Origin: Treponemataceae bacterium
Lineage (GTDB): Bacteria; Spirochaetota; Spirochaetia; Treponematales; Rectinemataceae
Reading direction: 5' to 3'
Assembly (NCBI GenBank): GCA_963678065.2
Contig: CAXXVZ010000003.1
Coordinates: 832,001 to 896,000 of the forward strand
DNA length: 64,000 bases
Shown here: one piece after another, positions 30,299-37,477 of the stretch
Layout of the letters: every line of letters begins with the position of its first letter
Position numbering within the stretch: the first letter of the stretch is position 1
Made by a program: the position numbers and the translations under genes
Notes under the pieces: model-generated
Database searches by the model: none
What the model saw: the letters and a program-made list of their open reading frames with translations, nothing else
Told to the model about the DNA's origin: nothing

Positions 30299-30845
30299 TC
30301 TCTACGGGTATAATTCCCCGCAGCTTGCTGCGTCGTAGTAAAATAGAGTATGAGTGAGTTTATCCATAAGAGCCATAATGTGTCAGTGTTGATGTATCAC
30401 ATAGTATGTCCTGCAAAGTATAGAAGAGTAGTAATAACGAATGATGTTGAAGATGAAATAAAGAAAATTTGTTTAGAAATTGAAAACAGATATGAAATAC
30501 ATTTTTTGGAGATAGGAACAGAAAAAGATCATGTACATTTTCTAGTACAATCAGTACCAACAAGTAGTCCAAAACAAATAGTGCAAACAATAAAAAGTAT
30601 AACCGCGAGAGAGCTATTTGCACGAAGGCCAGAAGTAAAAAGAATATTATGGGGTGGAGAATTGTGGACGAAAGGGTACTATGTAGGCACAGTAGGGAAG
30701 TATGGCAATGAAGAAACAATAACGGAATATGTGAAGAATCAAGGAAGGAATCCCGTAGAGTATGAATCAATATATCAGAGCAAACAGCTAGCGTTGTTTG
30801 AATAGAGCTTCTTCATACCCCGCAGCTTGCTGCGGGGTAGTTGAT
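30299..30845 (+). mobile_element. IS200-type element, copy 3 (tandem)
   Basis: Abuts copy 2 with no spacer (TTGAT|TCTCTACG). Confidence 0.9.
30350..30805 (+). CDS. tnpA: IS200 Y1 transposase
   Basis: Identical protein. Confidence 0.95.
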   Translation: MSEFIHKSHNVSVLMYHIVCPAKYRRVVITNDVEDEIKKICLEIENRYEIHFLEIGTEKDHVHFLVQSVPTSSPKQIVQTIKSITARELFARRPEVKRILWGGELWTKGYYVGTVGKYGNEETITEYVKNQGRNPVEYESIYQSKQLALFE

Positions 30846-30897
30846 TTTATCAATCTGGCTATTCCACACTATAACAATCCTTACTTCTCACCTAATG

Positions 30898-32217
30898 CTA
30901 TTCATTCGCTTTTGCTGTTTTTAGGTATTTTGAAGGACTTCGAAAAACATGTTTATCGATAAATACAGCAGACAAAATGAATACATTAATTACAAATAGT
31001 AATGCCATATCGACAGATATAACAATCTTATGCTTAAAATATCTATTTTTATAATCTACAATTGACATTAATAATCCGCAAAATAGTGGCCAACATAGTA
31101 TAGGGAGTAGGAAATATAATATAGTTGTGGATACACCTAATAGCATTGCTACAATTCCTGAAGACCAAAATAAGATAAAAAGAGGTGCAATGTATGGCAA
31201 CGAGAAAAACCTTAAGCAATCTATTCGTAAGAGAATTGGTATTTTCTTAGCAGTGCATGAAACAGAAATATGTCTATCAGCTAAATCCAACCATCCACGA
31301 GACCATCCAAAACGTTGATCAATGAACTCGGTCAATTTCTCTGGAACTAATGATTCAGTAGATATATCTTGGCGTAGCTCTACTTTGTATCCACCCAAAG
31401 CAAGTCTAAATGAAAGATCTATATCATCCAGGAGTAAAGACTCATCTATTTTGAATTGGTGCTTTTCAAATAACGAACGTGAAAAAAAACCTTGTCCTCC
31501 TCCATAAAAACTAAACCCTCCAATTTTTCCGTTTGCTTCAATTTCAAGACGTTCAATGATATTTCGCTCTACTGATTGAGCTCGAACCAAAATATTTTTC
31601 TCATTATTATGTGTTTGAAGCATTCCTTGAATAACCAATTCTTTTTTTGAGTTACCAAATATTCTTGATAGAGTAATGAGAGAATCTTGATCCATTGTGT
31701 GATCTGAATCCAAGAAAGCGACCACGTCGGTATGGGGAGCATTATATAACCCATATGCAATCGCTGCTCCGCGTCCTGCTGGTGGAGTTTTTTTTATTAC
31801 AACCACTATCCTATTGTCGGATTTAGCCTGCTTTTCGATATACTGTAGTGTACCGTCACTAGATGTCGATTCAATAATGTAGCAAAAATAGAGTGATCCA
31901 CAATAGATAAGCGATTGCATTTTCGGAATTGTTTTTTCTAGAATAGGACGTTCGTTTAGACATGGAATTATTAAGCATATGCTTGGCAAATTGCTACAGT
32001 TACTTTCTTGATATGAGGAGTCCAGCTTGGAAAGTGTTACCAGTATGCAATACCGAACTATAATAAGTCCAGAGACTACTATTCCAATATAACATAGAGG
32101 GATAACAAGAAACTGAAAATAAGATAGAACAGCGATCGCAACGATCATTAATCCAGGCCCTGTGATTATTGCAATTGTTCTAACCCTAAGGCGTTTATGA
32201 TTTTCATCTACTTCCAT
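30898..32217 (-). CDS. GT2-family membrane glycosyltransferase
   Basis: IIPCLNE, SSDGT, FLDSD, LDDID, QRFGW (QxxRW-like), flanking TMs. Confidence 0.88.
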   Translation of the reverse strand: MEVDENHKRLRVRTIAIITGPGLMIVAIAVLSYFQFLVIPLCYIGIVVSGLIIVRYCILVTLSKLDSSYQESNCSNLPSICLIIPCLNERPILEKTIPKMQSLIYCGSLYFCYIIESTSSDGTLQYIEKQAKSDNRIVVVIKKTPPAGRGAAIAYGLYNAPHTDVVAFLDSDHTMDQDSLITLSRIFGNSKKELVIQGMLQTHNNEKNILVRAQSVERNIIERLEIEANGKIGGFSFYGGGQGFFSRSLFEKHQFKIDESLLLDDIDLSFRLALGGYKVELRQDISTESLVPEKLTEFIDQRFGWSRGWLDLADRHISVSCTAKKIPILLRIDCLRFFSLPYIAPLFILFWSSGIVAMLLGVSTTILYFLLPILCWPLFCGLLMSIVDYKNRYFKHKIVISVDMALLFVINVFILSAVFIDKHVFRSPSKYLKTAKANE

Positions 32218-32315
32218 ATAAACCTTACCTCTTACATATATTAATTGTGTCTAATTTTTAATCTAATAATACATTGACTTATAGTATTATGGGACTTAAT
32301 AAGCGCGAAGCGTCC

Positions 32316-32425
32316 GCCTAACATTAGCATTCTATCCTGCGGAATCGCGCAACACACGATTCTCGATGCACTACAGGAGGGTGGCACACCGAGAATTCGA
32401 TTCTGCAGGATAGAACGTGTTGCAC
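32316..32425 (-). other. non-canonical attC-like hairpin (copy 2)
   Basis: Same as 19771-19880 but ends in GTTAGGC. Confidence 0.75.
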
Positions 32426-32717
32426 TGAACCGTCGTCCCCTATGGGTACTGTATCAAGTCTTCACATCAAATTGAAGAACAATCCGGGGTTTCTCGGTAC
32501 TACAAGGCGGGAAATGAGAGGAGACGCGCGTAACGGGACGATTTTTTTTATTAACGGGCATGTACACGGCAGTACGATTTTTATCCGTAAGCGTGATCAT
32601 GGGCAATGCCTTATTCAGAGCAGTTTTTACCTGCCGGGAATTGTGAGGGGATGAAGGGAATACAGGCACAATGGGCGGATGTTCGGTGAAATTCGGACTC
32701 AGGAGTCACACCCTCGT

Positions 32718-33926
32718 TCAGGCAAACACCGCCCTGTTCGGTTCCGGTCCATGGATTTCCCGCAGGAACGCAAGCCGCGATGTGAGCCAATGCGGCCCCG
32801 ATGACGACACCCCGATCGGATGGTGAATGCTCAGAGGCAGTCCGCATCGCGGGCAGCGGGAAACGGCGCACGGTTCGACGCGGGGAGCCTCCATCGCGCT
32901 CCCGTGTGCCGGGAATTCGTCGGTTTCAGGCCGGTTCGGGAGTGAATCGGACGAGGATGCGATGAGCGCACGCACGCGGACAAGGGAAGCGGTCCGGTCC
33001 CGGTTCCCCATGAAGCCGAAATAGCGGATCTTCCGCAGTCCTTTGGGCAGGATGTGCAGGGTGAACTTTCGGATGAACTCGTCACAGGACAGGCTCATCA
33101 CTCTTCTCGCATGCCCCGCGGCGCGGTCGATCCACGAAAAACTCACTCTCTCCTGAGTGGCACAGACGATGCGGGGTTCGCTGATGCCGACGCGATGCGT
33201 GTAGCGGCCCAAGTATTTGACCACCTGGCCGGGACCACCGAAGGGTGGCTTGGCATAGACGACGAAGTCCTTGCGAGCGGCAGCGCACACCGCATCGCGG
33301 AGCACCGATTCGTCGCCGCACAGGTCATGTCTGCCGATGGACTGCTCAAGACGGCTCAGGAGTTTGCCGCGAAACACCGCTGACAGGCGCTTGACCGAAA
33401 CGAGGTAGGTGGGGTTCCCCGCTATCCAGCGCGAGAAGTCGGACGAAATACCTCCTGTGGGTACGATACAATGGATGTGCGGGTGGAAAGCGAGCTTCTG
33501 GTTCCAGGTGTGGAGGATGGACATGCCGCCCACGCGGGCACCGAGGTTGGCGGGATTGGCGCAGACATCCTTAAGGGTTTCGTGGACCGAGAGGAAGAGC
33601 GCCCGGTAGAATGCGTGGCGGTTGGAAAGGGCAAGGTAGTGCAGTTCGTGGGGGACCGTGAAGACCACATGGAAGTACCCGCAGGGTAAGAGTTCGCCAA
33701 GGCGCGCGCGCACCCAGCGCGCACACGCGGCACCTTGGCAGAGCGGGCAATGCCGGTCACGACAGGAATTGTAGTGAACCTCGCGGTGCCCGCACTCGCA
33801 CGAAAGAACATTCCCTCCGAGTCGCTCCGTCTTGCAGTCGGCTATGTGAGAGAGGACGCTCCGTTCCTGACCGGTGAGCCAGGAGAGCGCCATCCCCCGC
33901 CGCGCTATGTCGCCTAGTGCGCTCAT
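32718..33926 (-). CDS. IS91-family transposase
   Basis: Identical translation to copy 1. Confidence 0.93.
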   Translation of the reverse strand: MSALGDIARRGMALSWLTGQERSVLSHIADCKTERLGGNVLSCECGHREVHYNSCRDRHCPLCQGAACARWVRARLGELLPCGYFHVVFTVPHELHYLALSNRHAFYRALFLSVHETLKDVCANPANLGARVGGMSILHTWNQKLAFHPHIHCIVPTGGISSDFSRWIAGNPTYLVSVKRLSAVFRGKLLSRLEQSIGRHDLCGDESVLRDAVCAAARKDFVVYAKPPFGGPGQVVKYLGRYTHRVGISEPRIVCATQERVSFSWIDRAAGHARRVMSLSCDEFIRKFTLHILPKGLRKIRYFGFMGNRDRTASLVRVRALIASSSDSLPNRPETDEFPAHGSAMEAPRVEPCAVSRCPRCGLPLSIHHPIGVSSSGPHWLTSRLAFLREIHGPEPNRAVFA

Positions 33927-34810
33927 CGGGGCTTTCCCGCGGAGTGCACACCTGGTGCCGGGAGATGGTCGAGGGGGTTGCGGACACTCTGGAGATGATG
34001 CGTCGCCACGTGCAGGTACACTTCCGTCGTCTGGATGGAGCTGTGACCGAGCATGGACTGGATGGTGCGCAGGTCGGTGTGGTCTTCGAGTAGGTGGGTT
34101 GCGAAGCAATGCCGGAGCGTGTGCGGCGAGATATGCTTCTCGATTCCGGCTTTTCGTGCGATAGCGGGGACCATCCTCTGGATACCACTCGGATCCAGCG
34201 GGCCATCGTTCTTGGCACCCGGGAAGAGCCAGGTTTTCGGCTTGACGAGGCACGAGCGATAATAGGCTCGCAATATCCCGAGGAGGTGGGAACTGAGCTG
34301 GACATGCCGATCCTTGCCACCTTTGCCTTGCCGGACGTGCACGAGCATCATCGTACTGTCGATGTCGGGTATCTGGAGCTTGACCAATTCGCCAAGGCGC
34401 AGGCCGGTGGAGTACAGCGTGGCGATGATCGCATAGTACTTGGGATTCAGCCGCGCGGTTTCCAGAAGAGCTGCTACCTCTTCTTTGGACAGTATGGACG
34501 GAAATCGCCTTCGTCTGCGCTGGAACGGAATGTGTTTGACCGTGAAATCGCAGGTGCGCACGTTCTTGAAATAGAACCTGAGGGCGCAGACCATCTGGTT
34601 GAAGAGAGACCAAGATACTTTTTCTTCATTGACGAGATGATACTGCCACTCCTGGATGTCGGCCGATGTGACACAGGCGATCGGCTTGTCAAGCTGTTCA
34701 AGGTACCGCTTGAGGACGGAGACATAGGTGCTGATGGTCTTGGTGGCGTAGTTGCGGATGACCAGCGCTTTGCGCATGGCTTCGAGTTCGAGTGCGAGTT
34801 CGTAGTGCAT
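33923..34810 (-). CDS. tyrosine recombinase
   Basis: Identical translation to copy 1. Confidence 0.93.
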   Translation of the reverse strand: MHYELALELEAMRKALVIRNYATKTISTYVSVLKRYLEQLDKPIACVTSADIQEWQYHLVNEEKVSWSLFNQMVCALRFYFKNVRTCDFTVKHIPFQRRRRRFPSILSKEEVAALLETARLNPKYYAIIATLYSTGLRLGELVKLQIPDIDSTMMLVHVRQGKGGKDRHVQLSSHLLGILRAYYRSCLVKPKTWLFPGAKNDGPLDPSGIQRMVPAIARKAGIEKHISPHTLRHCFATHLLEDHTDLRTIQSMLGHSSIQTTEVYLHVATHHLQSVRNPLDHLPAPGVHSAGKPR

Positions 34811-34921
34811 TGGATACCTCCGGCGTGATGATGCCAGAAGTATCCGTGGTCTATGAATGTGCCCGAACCTCGCAAAAGGTAGGAATGAAAGCGAATCCTC
34901 CACCGCTGGTACAGCGGTTTA

Positions 34922-34942
34922 GTGCAACAATAATTAGGCTGA
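34922..34942 (-). other. attI-like site
   Basis: AGCCTAATTATTG^TT resembles the attI1 simple site (CCCTAAAACAAAG^TT); no attC hairpin arm upstream; head of the array. Confidence 0.55.
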
Positions 34943-35475
34943 TCCCTGTAAGTTTCGGTACACAGCTTTCCAGTCCCTATAAAATTCCCTGTTACTACTC
35001 ACTGCACTCTCACAACCTTTTTCTCGTCAATACTTTATAGCTCAGGCGTTATTGGTATGCGGTATTTTATGCGAATCCGCATAAGTCCCCTAATCCTCAA
35101 AAGGGATCCAGACACTATAGCTTCTCCTGTAGGACATCGCTAATGAACACTAGAGCTTCACCCAAGCCATACACATGTCTTTCCTAGCAGTAGCCTGATC
35201 ACTGGTCGATCGCTCCCTGACCGCGGCCGAAACACGCTGATCACCGTAAAGACAATCTGTAGGCTAGTATAACTTCTTTTTTCTTGAATGCAACCGAACT
35301 TGGTTATTTCTTTTGTTGGAACCTATTTGCAGTTGTGAAATACCGTTCCCCAGAGCCTGCTTTTCCCATGAAGATTATTTTGCGCAATCGATCACAACCC
35401 TCTGAGTCGGGAAAACAATGCATATTTCAGAGGTAGCCTCTTGTATACTTAATGTTTGTATAGTATGTATCGATT

Positions 35476-36279
35476 ATGGACGATCATGAGGAATCAGCCT
35501 GCGACATCCGCGTCGGGACGTCGGGGTACGACTATCTCGAGTGGCGAGGGGGCTTTTATCCGGAAGAGCTACCGCGAAAGGAATTCCTTCGCTTCTACAG
35601 CGGGATTTTCCGCACGGTGGAACTCAACTACACCTACTATCGGCAACCGAACGCCGAGAGTATGGCCACGTTGGCGAGGCAGACTCCGGCGACTCTGGAC
35701 TTCTCCGTCAAGGCGAACCAGAGCTTGACGCATGAGGTCAACGAAGGCTCGGTCGGCGAGGATATCAAGGCATTCCGGCAGGGCATCGAGCCATTGCACA
35801 AAGCGGGGAGGCTCTGCGCTGTGCTGATGAGTTTTCCCTTTTCGTTTCATTATCGCCCTCCGGAACGGACGTATCTTTCATGGCTACTCGGGGAACTTGA
35901 GGATCTCCCTCTGGTCGTCGAATTCCGCAGCATCGACTGGTATACGGCGCGGGTGATCGATGGGCTCAAAGAGCGACGGGTGGGAATCTGTACGGTGGAT
36001 GAGCCTCTCCTCCCCGGACTGCCGCCCGTGTCCGACCTCGTGACTTCCGACCTCGCCTATATCCGGTTTCACGGACGGAATGTGGAGACCTGGTGGTCGG
36101 GAGATTCCGCCACCCGGTATGACTATCTCTACTCCGAGTCCGAGCTGAAAGGCTGGAAACCGCGGATCGGCGCGATGATGGAACAGGCGAAAAAACTCCG
36201 TGTATTCTTCAACAACCATCGCTCTGGTCAAGCCACGACGAATGCACGCGACCTGCAGAGGCTCCTTACCGAGGTCTGA
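35476..36279 (+). CDS. DUF72 family protein
   Basis: VGTSGYDY, VELNYTYY, YIRFHGRN, RYDYLYS, FFNNH. Confidence 0.92.
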   Translation: MDDHEESACDIRVGTSGYDYLEWRGGFYPEELPRKEFLRFYSGIFRTVELNYTYYRQPNAESMATLARQTPATLDFSVKANQSLTHEVNEGSVGEDIKAFRQGIEPLHKAGRLCAVLMSFPFSFHYRPPERTYLSWLLGELEDLPLVVEFRSIDWYTARVIDGLKERRVGICTVDEPLLPGLPPVSDLVTSDLAYIRFHGRNVETWWSGDSATRYDYLYSESELKGWKPRIGAMMEQAKKLRVFFNNHRSGQATTNARDLQRLLTEV

Positions 36280-36280
36280 G

Positions 36281-37477
36281 ATGGCGTACGGAACGATTTT
36301 GCACGTCAACATGGTAGGCATCCTCGCGGCAGTAGAGGAAGGGCTCGACCGAGATCTCAAGGGAAGGCCCTTTGTCGTCGCCATGGCACAAGCGGCCCGA
36401 TCCTGCGTGCTCGACCTCTCGCCCTGTGCCTACCGCGAGGGGCTGCGGGCGGGAATGCCCCTCACACTTGCGCGGAACCTCGTTCCGGGCCTCTCTGTCC
36501 GCGCCCCTAACCTCAAGCTCTGTCAGATGGCCGATGAAATTCTGTTACGTGAAGCCCTCAGCTGTACTCCTCTCGTGGAGCGGGCTGGTGTCGGACACCT
36601 TTTTTTGGACCTTGCGGGCACAACCCGACTTTTGGGTCCCCCTGAGGATGCAGCCCAGCGGATTCGCACGCGCATTCTGAACAAAACCGGATTGCATCCG
36701 ACGCTGGCGCTCGCTTCGACGAAGACGGCGAGCAAGGTCGCCACCCGCGTGTTCCGTCCGGGCGGCTTTGTTGCACTCTCGTCGACGGATGAAAGCGCTC
36801 TTGTCCGAGGTCAACCGGTGAACCTCCTGCCAGGTGTCGGCCCAGTCCTTACTGCCCGACTGTGCACGCTCGATATCAACGATATCGGTGGGCTGGCCGA
36901 TCTTACTACGGAGGAAGCAGTCGCGATCGGCCCACGCGGGCCATTTCTTGTCTGTCGTGCACGCGGGAATGACAATTCGCCAGTGAATCCTGACCCGCCC
37001 GAACGGCGAGCGTTCCATGGGGTGGCACTCTACGAGCCGGACACAACCGACCCTGAGACCCTTCGCGTACGGCTCGCGGAAACTCTGTCGGAGCTCGCGT
37101 TTGCGCTTCGGAGATCCGGTAGTGGCACGCACCGGGTATGCATACAGGTTTACTACACCGACGGCTCCACGAGCGAGGCTTCAGGAAAATCAGGGCGCCT
37201 TTTGTCCCGCGACGACGAGCTTTACCGTCTCGCCCTAGAGACTCTTGTGCGAGCGAAAACGCGGCGTGTGAGGATCCGCCGTATCGGTATTGAACTCTCC
37301 CTTCTGGATTCGGCCGGCCCCGAACTTGATCTCTTTACGCCGATCGAAGGCAAGCGGACGCGCCTCCAGACGGCGGTAGACCGGGTACGGAGCCGGTATG
37401 GCCCCGGAGCCCTTGTTCCAGGCGCCCTGTACGCGCTCACGGGCCGCCAGCTCTCCGGGGCCGAGGCGCTGGCATGA
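36281..37477 (+). CDS. Y-family polymerase-like protein, probably catalytically inactive (ImuB-like)
   Basis: DinB-like layout (LPGVG, VDRVRSRYG), but catalytic D and SIDE motifs replaced by HVNMVG and AGVGH. Confidence 0.8.
   Translation: MAYGTILHVNMVGILAAVEEGLDRDLKGRPFVVAMAQAARSCVLDLSPCAYREGLRAGMPLTLARNLVPGLSVRAPNLKLCQMADEILLREALSCTPLVERAGVGHLFLDLAGTTRLLGPPEDAAQRIRTRILNKTGLHPTLALASTKTASKVATRVFRPGGFVALSSTDESALVRGQPVNLLPGVGPVLTARLCTLDINDIGGLADLTTEEAVAIGPRGPFLVCRARGNDNSPVNPDPPERRAFHGVALYEPDTTDPETLRVRLAETLSELAFALRRSGSGTHRVCIQVYYTDGSTSEASGKSGRLLSRDDELYRLALETLVRAKTRRVRIRRIGIELSLLDSAGPELDLFTPIEGKRTRLQTAVDRVRSRYGPGALVPGALYALTGRQLSGAEALA

Larger units (their letters stand above)
32322..34927 (-). 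mobile_element. tyrosine recombinase + IS91-type transposase unit (copy 2), first position of the array
   Basis: Direct repeat of 19777-22382. Confidence 0.9.

Noticed and set aside
35085..35470. intI remnant
   Set aside because: Only a chance-level LDPF* on the minus strand; no catalytic motifs in any frame I read.
35400..35475. SOS box upstream of the mutasome
   Set aside because: No palindrome I can confidently assign to a known LexA motif.
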